A stretch of DNA of 63,369 bases, filler included, from Rhabdomonas costata (GCA_019059605.1; 37 parts of 37 records of this genome joined end to end with filler, not necessarily neighbours in it), one strand, 5' to 3'. Shown: positions 36,758 to 51,300, counted from the first letter of the whole stretch. Numbers and translations: made by a program. Notes: generated by a model from the sequence alone, not told the origin.

Positions 36758-37313
36758 GTTCTGTGCCCCAATTCTCGTGCCTCCGGCACTTGTAAAATGG
36801 TGCATGTTGGGGGTACCCTATGCTAGCACTACCGTGATACCAGTGTTACATGGGGCCAGTGGTCTCTGGTTTGCTTGGCAGTAGAAGGCGGAAGGTCATC
36901 GGTGTTTATCCCTGGGGGCTTGGGGTACCGTTGATACCGGGTACCCGCACATGCCAGATCTTTTGCCTCCTGATTGCCCAACTTTCCCAAACAATGTTAC
37001 AATGTAACAGTGATACGACAAATTTTGGTTGGTTACGAATAGAAGTTCACTGACGGTTGCTGAGATTAATCCCTTAATCAGCAGATTTTATACTCGAAGA
37101 GGGTGAAATTGTGTGCAGTTTGCAACTCGCAATCAGCGCAGGCATGACAAGGCACTTTTTGCCTCAGAATTTCTTTTCTCCCATTCATCCGTGTGGGCAA
37201 CAATTTGAGTGCAGGGTGTGGTGAGTCTTCTTCTGTTGGAGCCGCCCACTGGCCTCCAGTTTCTTGTCCCTCATTCCCCTCGGGGAACGGGGTAAGCTCC
37301 CCGCCTCGCTAGC

Positions 37314-37641
37314 ATGGAGGGGTTGGCCGTAGCCGCGGCACCGTCGCGACCGCCAGTGCCGGACTTCAGCACTTCCATGGCTAACAGCAGGGATGGCATC
37401 GTGTCTGCTGCGGCCACCACTGAGGGAGCCTCTCAGCCTCTCTCCGTTGCCGTGGGCGTGGACTCCTCGGACAGCTCCCCTCAGAAATCCAGCCCTGGAC
37501 CTGACCCCACTACCCCCCCGCTCCGCACGGTGTTACTGGGGGCGGTGGGGTGCCTTGTGGCACACTCGCTATGGGGGCTATACCCCGTGGTGACTCGGCT
37601 GCTGCAGACCCGCACTGGGCTGGCGACGTTCCCGATGTGGG
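37314..37641 (+). CDS. EamA/DMT-superfamily transporter, N-terminal part
   Basis: A disordered N-terminus is followed by LLGAVGCLVAHSLWGLYPVVTRLL, matching the EamA TM1 'G...L.A...WG......R' pattern. Confidence 0.65.
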
Positions 37642-37806
37642 NNNNNNNNNNNNNNNNNNNNNNNNNNNNNNNNNNNNNNNNNNNNTTAATTAATTAANNN
37701 NNNNNNNNNNNNNNNNNNNNNNNNNNNNNNNNNNNNNNNNNAGCGGTTTGTCTCTTTCGGGAGATGATAAGATGTGGTTGTGGGTGTGTGGGGAGGCGGG
37801 GGGCGG

Positions 37807-38035
37807 TTAGGCCAGAGCCGGGCCAGTAGGCAGGCCCCCTAGAAGTGGGTGCATTGGGGCGCCGGACGAGCCGGCCAGGGCACCCGTGGCGGTTAGGGGG
37901 ACGGGGTAGCCCACGGGGAGGGCCTCCTGGTGCCGAAACTGCAGGCTGATCCACCACAGCACCACGGCGGCAACCAGGGGGATCGGGATTACCAGAAGAA
38001 CGAGCAGCGTGAAAAGAGCGGGGTTGTTTCCGCTC
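37807..38035 (-). CDS. Probable terminal exon with a single transmembrane helix
   Basis: ALFTLLVLLVIPIPLVAAVVLWWISL is followed by a short tail and TAA, with a poly-T tract and CAG upstream. Confidence 0.45.
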
Positions 38036-41000
38036 CTGGCGCGAAAAAAAAAGGTGGGTCTGCTCGTGCGTCGGATTGGAGCGAATGCAGCGCTGACGCA
38101 CAGCTGATGTCGGGGTTCTCTCACACGATGAGCTGAGTTGGAGCCTTGAGGCAGCTGGCAAGTGTGGCCCGTGATAACAAAAACGGTCGTCGACCTCCAG
38201 TGCTCTGCGCGGCGAGGGATGAAAACAGTGCAACGATCACAGTGAGCTAAACAACTGTCATAGCGGTAGGAGGGGCGGTACATTATCGCGATTTTCACCC
38301 TGATTTCCGATTTCTGATTTCCAATTTCTCGATCCCCAATCTGATGAACTGCGCGGTGAGATTTTGGGAACGGTTTCATACCTCTGGGACTCCGTGGCTT
38401 GCGCGTGGTCTGCCAGAACGACACTCTGGATGCACCGGTCCTCGATATGTGTGTGTGTGTGCCAGCGGTATCACCCAGGTTGACTCGGCCAGCATCTGTT
38501 CGCCAGCCAGGGGCCGTTGATGTTCTTTTTACCATCAATGTCCGCGTGAGCTCCGTGTGGAGGCGCTTCACACGCCCGCGCAACACACAAACGCACAGCC
38601 CTCGCGGCAATTTGTGCGCCGCCGCGGCAAGCCGGCCTTTGCTTTGGCGGAGAGTGTACCCTGTCTTGTGAAGTTGCCAATGGCGGAATGGCGGGGAGGA
38701 CGAGGTGAGTAGGACAATGTAGTCTCCTCCACACAGTGTGCCACTGCCGACGAACTGTTTCTGCAGATCATCATCTCTTGCTCCTTTTATAGCCGAAGAA
38801 GTGGATGTGTTCAGGGAACAGCGCGGGAGCTGCGGTGGAGCTGCTGCTGCCTCGGTCTTCTCGGGATCGATCGCTCTGTCTTCTGTCCTTGTGAGCTGCG
38901 GATGTGCCCGGAGTCGGCTGGCCGTGCAAACACACTTTGACAGCAACACGGTACTCACCTCCCGGGCCTTATGTGACGATGCTGCATGAGTATCGGTTCA
39001 CACTAAGCGAAGTTTATCTGGTGCGGTGCGCTGGAAAACGGCTGGGTTGGGTTAAACACTGAAAGCTGCAGTTGGGGTTGGTTACCGCACTCAGTCCAGT
39101 ATGACAGTGGTTGGATCCTTTCTGGCAAGCTCAGGGACTCCAGTGGCGTTGACAACCATCTCCTTGAACTGCGCCTGGGTGATTTGTGTGCAGTCCTGCG
39201 CAGGCACAACAGCATAAAACCATGAAATGACAAAGCCCCCTCATGTCCAGCAGAGTTCCCAGGGATCAGTACCATACACCCCCCCACACACACACACTTG
39301 ATGCACTTGGCAAGGATGATTTTTTTCTGGGAAGGACTCGAGGTCCACTTCCCCCCNNNNNNNNNNNNNNNNNNNNNNNNNNNNNNNNNNNNNNNNNNNN
39401 TTAATTAATTAANNNNNNNNNNNNNNNNNNNNNNNNNNNNNNNNNNNNNNNNNNNNAAAAAAGGGGGGAGGAAAGGGAATTGTTTTTTGGAATGTTCACA
39501 TTGTTGGAGGAGCAGCTCCTGGGTATAGTGGTCCGGCTGCTGCGAGCAGATTTCCTCAGCAAGGAAGATCTACTGGGCACGCGTCCCCCCATTCTTTATC
39601 CATTCTCTCGCCCTTTCCCTCGTTGTTCAAGGCCCAATTTGCTTCCATTCGTGGCGCCATCATGACCTGTTTGTGTGCCGTTCTGGAAGGCTAAGGGGGG
39701 TGTCACCTCACCCAAGGTTTAATGTCAGTTTGCGGGGCATAACGTGAGAGGGCGCTGTTTGGAAGAGCAATTCCGCCCAACCGACACGAAGTGTTAGAGG
39801 TGGTCATGGTTCAACTGTAGGGTTTGTGCTTTGCATAGGGTGGAGACCAAATTTGCCGCTCAATAAAAGGGAATCACTTTCTGATTGAGAGCCTATAAGA
39901 GGTGACAACCACCTCCAAATGGCATACTTTAACAACCACACAGGCCCATGAAAGCGTCAAAAGGGTCAGCAGAAGTTACAGAAATGTTGTTCTTGCGCCA
40001 AGCGAGATCGTAAATAGCCATCTCAGCGCCATGAGTACTGAAATGGTGTTACCTGAGATGATTCACGCTCGTGGGACATACATTTTCCAGACGTTTCTAG
40101 AGTGCCCACGTGTGTGTGTTTGCGTTTTTTGTGCTTCTGCTGCCTCTGCTGCTGCACCATTCCATATGGAATGGCACGATGAAGCAAAAGGCGTTGGCTG
40201 GAACGCGCACAACATGAGAATGAAGAGTTAGCGTCTGTTTTGCGGTCTTGCGTGATGTTGGCGATGCGCGGGATGCCAACACTGCTGCACCTGCATCTTA
40301 ATTTGCTGCTGCTGCTTGCGGTGCTGGATCCTCTCGGTGTGGATATGGGTGTGGGTGTGCAACATGCTTTTCACAGGGCATGTAATACAAGGGAGAGGTC
40401 TGTGGGTTTGGGAGTTGCCATCCATGGTCAGAACCACTTGGAGATGTCTGCACATGTGTCTGTACAAATTGTCTGCGCTCCGCGCTTGTCCTATCTCTTG
40501 TTTTTTGTGCTGTCACTATGGGGGACAGATTTGGATGGATATGGTGTGATCTGAGGCTGCCTTGGTGCCGAGCTGATGGGCCGATGACGGGGCTTAATTT
40601 GTGCCTGTGTGCCTCGCTTCTGGCAGCGCCAGTTCCAGAACCAGTGCTGTGGATGCGCGCTGAAGAGACTGAATGCTCTATATGGCACTACAGCAATCTG
40701 CTTTGCTCCGGGTTGAGTGCAGGATTGGCGTAACCGCAACAAAGTTTGGAAGGACTGACCACACGTTCCAAGCGTGGTTGCCCAGCTGTACTAGCGCAGA
40801 CCCTTTGGTGAGCTGCAGTCTGGTGTCACCAGATGGTCCCTGCTGCGTGTTTTTCGCTGCCCGATACAGCCTATGCTGGCCGTTATGTAACCAGCAGAGG
40901 TGTTGGCATTTGGCGCATCAATCTGGCACATACGTAGCAGTTCCTCTGGTGTCCGCGTTTTTGTTGGGGCATCTGTGACGCCGTCCTCTTCACTCAGCTT

Positions 41001-41945
41001 CCTGAAGTGCCCTGGGTATCCGGAACTGTAGGATGAAGTGCAGGTGGACGGCGTCACAGATGCCCCAACAANNNNNNNNNNNNNNNNNNNNNNNNNNNNN
41101 NNNNNNNNNNNNNNNTTAATTAATTAANNNNNNNNNNNNNNNNNNNNNNNNNNNNNNNNNNNNNNNNNNNNAATTACCCGCGGCCTGCAGTCCCACTTCA
41201 CCAGAGGCGCCGCATTGCCGTCTAGGCAACTACGGCTTCTTGTGCTTGGTACCGGGTTCTCTTGTCAGTTGACCTCGGGATTTGCCGAACAGCCAAGCTC
41301 CGTCGTGGAACACGCGTCGGGAACTACTCTGAGAAGAATCGCACCGCTCGGCGCTTGTTTCTGCTGACACTGCGGGCCGGCGACAGGGGTGGCAGGCGGT
41401 AGCACATGCTCTTCTCTAGGGAGACGTCAGCGGTTTAGGTTCATACGCGTTAACTTCCGTGCGAATGAGTGACCCGATACACAAAGGCCGGCTCCCGCAT
41501 GCTTCTTGAGCATCGTAGTGGCAGCAAACTCGCCATAAACAATGTATCAGATGAAGATGGAAGGTACAATGAGCATCTTTAGGCGTTGGGCCCAAGAGTT
41601 TTTCAACACCCCATAACAGCTCAACAAACACCCATCTATCAATGTCCTATTTTAATACCCATTTTCACTCTATGTGAACTGAGTGCAAAGTTGAATCGGT
41701 GACCCCCACGGCAGGAGAGCCTTCATGCTCGCACCTCTCATCTGCGATCTTTCTGATTGTGGTTTTCTTGATGAGTTTTCGAGCAAATCATCTCACACCC
41801 CAGAGAGAGCGCAACGTTCGCTCGAAAGAAAAATCGTCCGCAAGGTTGCCGTCAACTTTCCGACCTGTGCAAGAGAGAAAAAAGGGGAGTGGACATGGGA
41901 AAGTTAGACACCTCTTCAGTCCAGGAAAAGCTCCCCTGTGGGCAC

Positions 41946-42781
41946 CTCACATGCACCACGTCCGGGCGTCTCGTGGCGAAGGAGCGCGCCTCGCACTGCG
42001 GAAGGGGCTCGGGCGCCCCGGTGTACTCCCCCCGGCTCAGAGCACAGCTCGTGGAGGTTGGGGTGTTGGTTAGTGCGGAAAAGGCCGCGGGCGACGGGCC
42101 CAAGGTTTTTGGGGAGAAAAGTGAAAACGGAATGCTCGCTCAGTTCCTGCTGAGGCCAACAAGAGAAGCAAAGCATCAGGAGGCCATAAAAATACGAGAC
42201 ACAACCCTTCACTCGAACCCGTGAACTGACTGCTAAGTTGCACCACAAGGTCCATTCACCCAAAGACCAAAGAGCAATAGAAGAAGGTGGAAGAAACAGC
42301 ATTGGATGGCAAACAAGAAACCGGAACAGGAGGAGGAAATATGGCGCTCAATTGGTGCACACGGATGCGCGCACAACCCATTTATAAAACCAAATTCAAA
42401 TGCAGCAAGGCGCGGATTGTACGCACTTATCCTTATTACTAAATTTTCAGGTAACGAGGAATTCCTCCCCTGACTTCAAAATGACCTAAATTGGGCACCA
42501 CATCAGACGACGCGTAGCCGCCCCCCTCCCTTAAATCCCGCAACCCGCGCATACGAGTCAAGCCACTTTCTCTGCTCTGGAGTGAGTGGGCCCCAGGTCG
42601 GCGACGCACTGTGTGCTCTCCAGTAAGCTCCCTCATTTGCCCCCGAAGTGCCGACCGGACTGCAGAGAGCGGGGGCCGCCGCCGTGCCAGGCGCCGTCAC
42701 CCGCACGATCGTCAGCAAAGGAAGGGCCACGAGTAGAGCCACGCCCAGGGCCCGAAGCCTCGATTTTAGAGGAAGACCCAC
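41946..42781 (-). CDS. Hypothetical signal-anchor or secreted protein, partial (exons about 42781-42545 and 42150-41946)
   Basis: RLRALGVALLVALPLLTIV is a hydrophobic N-terminal segment in GC-rich, exon-like blocks. The second exon frame is uncertain. Confidence 0.4.
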
Positions 42782-44194
42782 AAAAANNNNNNNNNNNNNN
42801 NNNNNNNNNNNNNNNNNNNNNNNNNNNNNNTTAATTAATTAANNNNNNNNNNNNNNNNNNNNNNNNNNNNNNNNNNNNNNNNNNNNGTTTTTTTGTATTT
42901 TTTTATCATGTGACCTTCTTTTTTGTCGCCGCATTAACATCGATAGTCTGGGTGTTTGTTTTGAAAGCAATTGGTTCTTTGAAATAAAAAGGGAGGTGGG
43001 CCATTGTTTCCGCAAACGGCTCGCTGCTCGCGGCGTCGGTCAACACCACGCAGTTCCCCTTCGGCATATATGATTCGCTGTACTCCACGTGGTTTGGAGT
43101 GTGGGAGCTCACGGTGTGCTTGTGGATACACATTTTGGAAAGCTTTTGCGCGTATGTTTGTGTGTGCGCGTGCGCGTGCGTGTGTTGCTGTTCGGATCAC
43201 AGTGGGTGCCATCCAAGGGGGTGGATGGGGGGTTGCATGAATGTTCTTCACTTAGTATTTCTCCTTTTTTCGTACATTGTTGGAGGAGTAGCCCGCAAAT
43301 TCTTGTGGTGGTGGTGGTGGTCCGCCCCTTTCTTGTTTAGGGCGTTCCCATGATTTCTGAAGGAGGCCGCAAGCTGATGGCTACGTACAACTATGATCTG
43401 ACCTCACTCACGTCCTCGGAGATTTTTGTATGCCTGTGACAGGGAGAACGTTGCGTTCATAGTGTGCATGGGTTACCCTTGATGACTTCTCTATGCATTT
43501 GTAACATGTGCTATCTTTTGCGTGCGCTTGCCTTCACTTGCCCCAAATTGTTTGTTCCTCGATCCGTTTTCGTTGCTAAGTCGCACGTGGGCATGTACGT
43601 CGCTGTCTATGTTTGAATTTACACGCGACAGACCTACAGCTACAGTGGGAGTAGAGGCATCATGTTGGCGGACCGGTTGGACTTTCGTCTTCCGGGAGTT
43701 CACCAGGTTACATCTCCGCCGCGACCTTTTTTATAGCAGTTTCCTGTGTGTTGTGATCAATTTTGATTGGGTTGAGCTGCAATTGCTCTTCGCCGTTTCC
43801 TACGAGCGCAACCGGCAAAGTGCATTGAACAACACAGTAAACGTCGCATCCTCTCCTACTATTCCCCTTCCTCAGTGACCTTTTGACCTTTTGTTGCCTG
43901 AGCTGTGCAGCACAAGCAATTTTGCATTTGCACTGCTGCTGATCCTTGTGGACCTTGTGGACCCAAGTGTAAAAAAACAGATGCGCACACGACACGAGCA
44001 GCGCATCGTTATTGCAAGAAGGTTTCTGTTCTTCTTGCGAAAGTTCTAAGCGGGTTTATTTTCTCAGGGCTTTTTCTGTAAAATTCCTTTCCAGATGTTC
44101 CTCATTTTCACCGAACGGAATGCGTTCCGTTTTTTCTCGCGTGTAGGTGAGGGTAGGGGGCTTCGTTTGGTTCTTATGCTTTGCGATTGCTCAG

Positions 44195-44269
44195 AAGTCA
44201 TCTGCTACTCCTGTGGACAGCCCGGGCACCGCTCCACAGAGTGTCCGTCCAAGCGCGGAGGAATCCTTG
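44195..44269 (+). CDS. CCHC zinc-knuckle exon
   Basis: VICYSCGQPGHRSTECP is an exact CX2CX4HX4C motif, bounded by AG and GT and followed by (GT)n. Confidence 0.75.
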
Positions 44270-44298
44270 GTGTGTGTGTGTGTGTGTGTGTGTGTGTG
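44270..44298. repeat. (GT)n microsatellite; others include (AC)n at about 28805-28824, (CAA)n at about 34324-34347 and (CCTG)n at about 50043-50066
   Basis: Directly visible. Confidence 0.95.
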
Positions 44299-45220
44299 AT
44301 GCGATGTCCATCCAGCATAGGGCAGCATCAACTTCAGACACCGATGGTTTGGGTGGCTGGGTCTCAGATAAATAGAGTATGCAGCTACACGTAGTCGCCG
44401 TAATATGGATTCAAACCCAGAGATGACGCTGGCGAAGATGGGATGGGTGGGGTGCTGCTTCAAAGCTCGTGAGTTGGCTTCGGCTTCCCTTCCCCACCCC
44501 AACCCNNNNNNNNNNNNNNNNNNNNNNNNNNNNNNNNNNNNNNNNNNNNTTAATTAATTAANNNNNNNNNNNNNNNNNNNNNNNNNNNNNNNNNNNNNNN
44601 NNNNNCGGTGAAGCTTCTTCGTGAGCTTCAACTTCCACTCCGGCTCCGGCTCCGGAAGGGTCTTCCCGTTCTCCTTCCATTTCCACTCCGAATCCCTTTC
44701 GCTCTTTGCTTGCTGAGCTTCACGTTCTCCTTTTTTTTTGTGCTCTTTGCAAATTCTCTTCTAGCTGGTTTTTTGGGTTGTTTGAGGGTCCATCAGTCTC
44801 ATCCTAGACTGAGGAAGGCAACCACGGCATTCGGGGCTCAAGAAATCTATGTGTGATTATTGTTGAGGTTTGAGATTTAGGCATTAAGGCTGACCTCATC
44901 CAGGTGACTCCCTTCACCGCATCGGACTGAAACGTACCGTGAACGTCAAAGTATCCGTTAGGTTAGCGGGCTCATGTTGAGAGGATAGCAGTGGGACTTT
45001 CGGTGGTTTGTGGCCTTATTGCGGGCCTTGACTTCGCCGCGTTTCGCAAAGAGAAAGAACAGTTTTACTATCGTCGTAGTGCATAAGGCCAGGTCCACAG
45101 GGTATTCGCTCCTTGGATTTTCATTCGAACAGAAGTGTGGATGGCATCGCTTTGACCCACAATATGTATTAGAGAGTTCAGTCCAGTGCTACAGGTATCT
45201 GCCTTCCTGTACCTTTACAG

Positions 45221-45660
45221 AACTTGGCCAGAGCAAACTTTCGAGGATGCTGTTCAAGAACCTCAAGGGCACTATGGAAGCCAAGCCTGCCTGCCTGATG
45301 GTGCTGTGGATCACCATCCCTCACACCGGTGCGTCCCATGAGGCCACCCATGTCGTTCTGCAGAAGCTGAACCGCACCCGCTCCATCTTCGTACAGAGGA
45401 TGACGGGTGGTAGTGCGGCAGATTTCGAGAATGTCAAGCTGTGGCTGACCACTGGGGTGGAAGACCCAAAGTGGCTGCAGGCCGTGGTACTGGACGTGGC
45501 ATGCACGCCCGGGGACTCCTTTGCGGTGTATGAGCAGTGGAAAAGGTGCGACCGCCTGCCCCTAAAGCCCCTGCACACCTTCGCACCGAAACATCCCTTG
45601 GAGATGTTGAGGGGGACAGCCCGTGGGAGCTTTTCACCACTAGCACCACCAAACCGATGA
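45221..45660 (+). CDS. Hypothetical protein, probable terminal exon
   Basis: A TTTACAG acceptor precedes about 146 open codons with coding-like composition. No family recognised. Confidence 0.5.
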
Positions 45661-48200
45661 GCTAATTTGGATGCGCGTGTTCTTCGGGCACCCCAAGTGC
45701 GCAGCTCTCTGTGTGATGTTGTCAAATCGCGGCGAATTACTTACTCAAGAGCCTAGAGCGGGGGAAGTTTGAGGCTGCTGTGGAGTTCACTTTTCATGCA
45801 GTCTATTCTTACTTTAGCTTTGGGTCATCGCGCTTTGTGCCTCTTGCCCGCTTGGGGGTGTCTGCAGCGTGGTCTTGCGTGTCAGTTGTGGAGGCTGTGT
45901 TGTTTGGACAATGCGAGATTTACGGCGCAGGAATTGGGTTTCGACCCTCGGAGAGGGGAAGCTGAGATTCTCGTATGAAGCAAAGCAAAGCAGCGAACGT
46001 GCCCATCACTTTCACAGCATACCCATGGCCTGAAGTTGTGAGGGACGGACCCCCACACACACACACATGTGGGATCGATGTGTGTCGTGATCACGTTGTC
46101 CGGGCTGGAAGCGAGGGCTAGGTGGGGTGTACCGGGGGTATAGACCCCCCCCCCCAGGCGTATAGGCCCTGTAGGCCAGCGCTATTGTCCATAGGCCGTG
46201 GTACCCCTATACCAAAACCCNNNNNNNNNNNNNNNNNNNNNNNNNNNNNNNNNNNNNNNNNNNNTTAATTAATTAANNNNNNNNNNNNNNNNNNNNNNNN
46301 NNNNNNNNNNNNNNNNNNNNTATGTGCTCAAAACACCCCTACCTCCTGAGACATGTGGCCATCATCGGTCGCATGCGCTACCGCTAGCAGGCCCAGGCAC
46401 ATACACGGCCCGCCAGCACGGAAGCCAAGGAAAAATGGTTCCGGAAAGCAAACCCGAGCATGAGCTTTGTGTGTTTTTCTGTTCAGAAGACGAGAGGTGA
46501 TGACCGCAAAAAAGCCAAGAAAGCACAACTTCAACATATCAGCAACTTGCCCGACCAGAAGAACAACGCCCCAAGCCACAATGTCCAGAAAGTTCTGGTG
46601 CGAGAGGCGAACGGAGGTAGGCGCCCTCGCCAAGGCGCGGGCCCAAGAAAAACACAGAACACGACGAGGAAGGACAAGGAAGGCTTCAAAACAGAATGGG
46701 GGCACGAAAGATAAACACAAAGAGGCACGGAGGAAGGGGCGATTGGGCAACACATTGCGGGCGCGACCGAAGACTGGGAGAAACAACAGCACGTTCGATC
46801 GCCTGTAACCATTGCCTGGAGACAGAGACAATGGGAAAGGCAAGACCTCACGGTTTTAATGTCCGCTTCTCATCCATCCGCTCCATTCCTGCACTGTCCA
46901 CTCCGTTGCCCGCCACCCCACCCTCTCCCCTCTTTTGCATTTGTTCTGCTGTTTTGTGCTAGACAATGAACATTCAAACATTCGCGCCATCCTTCCCTCC
47001 TTCTCCTCCCTCTGCTCTAGCCTTGGTTTCCTTGCACACAGGCATCCTCCCTGTGTGACTTAGCGTTCATTTTCCGTTTCCCGTTCCCACCTGCTCGCGA
47101 TGTCGCTCGTTTTCCAAGAGCTTCATCCAGTTTGGTTTTTCCGTTCGTGTTTGTCTCCCTGCTCTCATGTCAAATACCCTCACATACGAACCGTATGACC
47201 CTCTGCCTTACTGTTGGTGCTTTTTCAAAGGAGAAGGAAGCGGGGACCTCCTCGCCTTCCACAACACAGCCCCACCCTTTGCTCCCCGCGGATCCGTCGC
47301 CGCCGCCCAAGGCCACCGGTAGTGGAGCGGCGGACACAGCCGCAGGGGCGGGGGACGGTGCAGGCAGCGAGGTGCCGTCGTGCTGTGCCCGGGCAAAAGT
47401 CAACTTCGAAGGTGTCTTCTGCGTCTGTGGGGATCTTTAGTTAAATTGTTTGTGTTTAAGGACGACACCGACGCAGGCAGCTGTACAGGGGGCCCCATTA
47501 AAAATGAAGAACTTTTGGGAAGAATTCTTGGGATAGAATTAGTAGGTAGGCGTTTTGGAATGGGAAAGCAGAGCACTAGTGATGGGGAGGGCATCCCCAT
47601 TTTTCCGGAGCCGCTGCTCAACGTCCCGGGTTGGCTGAGTCGATTGTCCAGTGAAATAGTAGGCAACCTCTATTTGGTGTCTCCCTCCCCCTGCCCGGTC
47701 TTTTTTCCCGTTTTTTTTTCCGTTTCATTCCCGCTTCAATGCTGTCCGCTCAGTTTAGCAAACTTCTGGACAATGTTGCTGTCAGTGCGCTGCGTTCTTC
47801 CGGACACGTTTCCTTATTCTAGTGAGCAGCACAAGAGAATCAGGCTATGCAATAATGACACTTTTCAGAGGAAGTTTGAAATAATCGAAAACTTATACAA
47901 CTGCACAACCGGTGAGTCGGCAGAGACCCCACCCCNNNNNNNNNNNNNNNNNNNNNNNNNNNNNNNNNNNNNNNNNNNNTTAATTAATTAANNNNNNNNN
48001 NNNNNNNNNNNNNNNNNNNNNNNNNNNNNNNNNNNATGGGGGGTTGGATTTTGAATTGCGATGCGAATCGTCATACACACACGCATCGCAATTCAAAATC
48101 CAATCCCACAACATTCACAATTCCGCGTACATTAAACAAACACAACTGATAAAAAAGATCCAATACATCAAACGGAAAAAAGAGAAAATGGGACCCATAC

Positions 48201-48304
48201 CTGCCGTAGCCCTCGGTAGCCTCCAGGATTTGCCCAAAGGCTTCCTGCTCCAGCGTGGCCGCAAACAGCCTATCCCACTTATCAATCTTCGCCAGGGAGC
48301 TCAT
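48201..48304 (-). CDS. AIDA (axin interactor, dorsalization-associated) N-terminal-like first exon
   Basis: MSSLAKIDKWDRLFAATLEQEAFGQILEATEGYG resembles AIDA_N (W...F.......WGQL.EA...Y) and ends at a GTATGG donor. Confidence 0.5.
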
Positions 48305-51300
48305 TTTTCACCAACTGTCCCGCCTTTCCACCGGATGCCGGTGTCTTCCGAAGTCAGGAGTCAAGCACGCGCGCCCACAACCCAACTATCGAGCGCCTCA
48401 GCAACGTGCGAAAGGAAGGGGACTCTTCTGTGGGTTCACCCACTGCACAAGATGCTAAGATGCAATCAAAGGCAACAAGGTCTGCCGGGTGGTCTTTGAA
48501 GACTTTGTGCACAATTTTCTTGAGCAATGATGCACTGACAAGGGTCACAGGTCACAAAGGTCTGCGAACTGTGAGAGCAATGCACCGCAGCAACGGGCGC
48601 AGAAAGAAGGTGAAGTAGACTCAAGGGCGTGTGAAACGGTACAGGCCAATAAAGTGGAAAAAAGGTGGTAGGAGCCAACAATGTCCTGAAGGCGTGTATG
48701 CACCGAATTGGGAGGCCAAAAAGATACGGCTGGATGCAGAGGCAAGAAGCGACCTTGCAGTCACCATGACGTACCTCTCACTACCACTAAAATGTTTTCA
48801 ATAACTCGAACGTGGCTCGTTTCTGCATTACGAAATAATCCCGGGAGCCCACACAACAATCGAAAAGTGCACAGCCACCGCACCAGTCCTCCATAACCAC
48901 AGCTTTAAAAATCATACGCACACAGAGATAAAGAGACTCTTGGATAAAGTCTTTGACCCGTGCAATACAAAAGACGTATCAGGTAACACCTCACTTCAGC
49001 AAGCCAATCATATTGCACACTGTCGCTGTCCCTCCTCCCATATGAAAATCTCTCCCTCAAAGTGCTTGAAGTGACCGTCGATGTCTGCGATGCAAGTTCA
49101 ATCAACTTTTGCACTGCACCAATAGGCATGCCATGTTTTCTTGGCGTGTTGAATAAGTTCTCGCGTGCAATCGGCAGATGGGATGTCAAATGCTATTTCA
49201 TCTTTCCTCTACAGGCTCCTTGAAGACTTGCAAACAAAGCGATTAGCGAATGATTACCAACAAAAACAAACGCCTGACATGCCACACTTTCTGCCAAGGA
49301 AAGAGATGGTATTTCATACCCAAAGGGAAAACGTGCGGACATAAAGCACACGCAGAAGACCAACCCAAAATAAAGCCACACAGGCTGGGGAGGGGGGACG
49401 CCAGGTGCGGCAGTCGGTGAGTCCAACTTTCGCACTTCGCACTTTGGCACACGAGGACTTCTTTCCCCGCTTCTCAAGTTCACTCACCAACACGGCCACC
49501 TCTTCCTACTTCGCCGTGGAGCGGACAGAACCACTGCGGGGTCTTTGCCGGGCAGTACCACAGGTGAGGTTAGAGGTCCCCACACCGTCGCCTGAGACCC
49601 ATCCCGCCGCTAAACCACCACCCACGGATACACCAAAGACCGAAACCCAANNNNNNNNNNNNNNNNNNNNNNNNNNNNNNNNNNNNNNNNNNNNTTAATT
49701 AATTAANNNNNNNNNNNNNNNNNNNNNNNNNNNNNNNNNNNNNNNNNNNNGGTTTGTGGGAACGACCTTGGCACAAAGATACGCAAGTGATCGGACAAGT
49801 AGAAGGGGAGGATGGCGAAGGTCACCCGGTCACCTCGGGCCCGGCGTGGCCGGGGAGGGCTGTAGGACCCGACCATGGAATGGGGTGGGACATGATGTAG
49901 TCGCTCCGCTGGAGCTAACCCGGACCCGCGGAGGTGTAAGGTGGAGCCGGTAGTGATGGCGTAGTAGAATGCCCCGTACCTCAACATCGTCAAAGATGAG
50001 GTCCGTCAGGGAATCGGCGCTGAGGGCCAATCCAAAGCTGTCCCTGCCTGCCTGCCTGCCTGCCTGGAATGGCGATAGTAAGGTGGACTTTCTGGCTGCA
50101 CGGCGAGGGCGCTGGGGCATTGGGTATGAGGCCCTTCTGGGTGAGTGTGCAGAAACCTCTGGACGGCCGGGCAGCGGGCGCGTGCTAGGTGTGTGGAAAA
50201 GGGCGCAACCACGCGTGCATGCCGAGCAATCTGAATACCATCCCGTGACACAGCCGCAGCTGTCACCGTACTCCAGACAAGTAAGGGCGTCAACTAAGTT
50301 CACTGACGAGCTATCTGGCGCCCACCCTGAGGGCCCTCTACACATCCGCAGCAAACGGCTTGCACACTGGCGCTTGCAGCGGCGTCCATCTTGATTTGGC
50401 ATCCTCATCTAATATGCAGCTACCAGGCGCAGCTGACGCTGTATGTTTTTCTGTGGTGATTATTCTTTCGTCAATCAAGCGTGCTTGCCACGCGAGTCGG
50501 CGTCATGAGCGTTCAGTCCAGTCCAGGGCAACGCTCCCTTCCACGACACCATCTGTTCTACGGTGGGGCACATCCGGAGCTGCTCAAAGCTCAAAGCGAA
50601 TGATGGACGGACACTGTTGCACGCAGAATATTCATGGGTTCGTGGGGGTCCAGCCCACCGCCGACCACTGATTGCCTAGCTCACCGGTTGATTCTTCGTG
50701 CTTGCTTGGATGGTGAAATATGCCTTAGCGCTGGTGAGGTTTCCCTTTTCCCTTTGCAGTGCACCCTCCGTTTCTTTTCTTTTCTTTCACTTTTGAACTT
50801 CTTCAACGGCTCGTGCTGTGCTGTCGAGTTTTGTTCCTCCGCGCCGTTTGAGCGGTAGCCTTTTCAGAACGATCGCTGTCAGCTCCGCTCGGATACACAA
50901 TGATGTGCATTTTCTTTCCATATTTGATGCTTCTAGTTCTCCTGGTGCATTGTGCGGTAGCATCTCAGCAGCCTTCTACCACCGCCGTCTCGCGAGGCCC
51001 GACTCCTGCAGAGGCAGAATCACACCCTGCAGGTTTATCGCGCTGTGTTGCTGCGAATTGTCCAAAAACTAGCACCCTGTCGGCAATCTTTCATTTTCCA
51101 CACTTGCATGATGATTTGCCATTGATTTATTAGCCGAACGCTGCAACTGTGACGTCCTAAATTGTGAAGGGACTGGTCTCAAACAGGTGTCAAGCTGCGC
51201 TGCTCTTTGAAAGGCAGCGACTGTGTGAACGGCTACTGTGGGCAGGGTTGCGTCGCCCACGGGACACCTTGACGAAGCGCTGTTGAGCTCTTTCTGTGGT

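Noticed and set aside
37807..38958. Longest ORF (383 aa) treated as a single gene
   Set aside because: It runs through (CA)n and GAAATC low-complexity intron-like sequence. Only the terminal TM segment looks coding.
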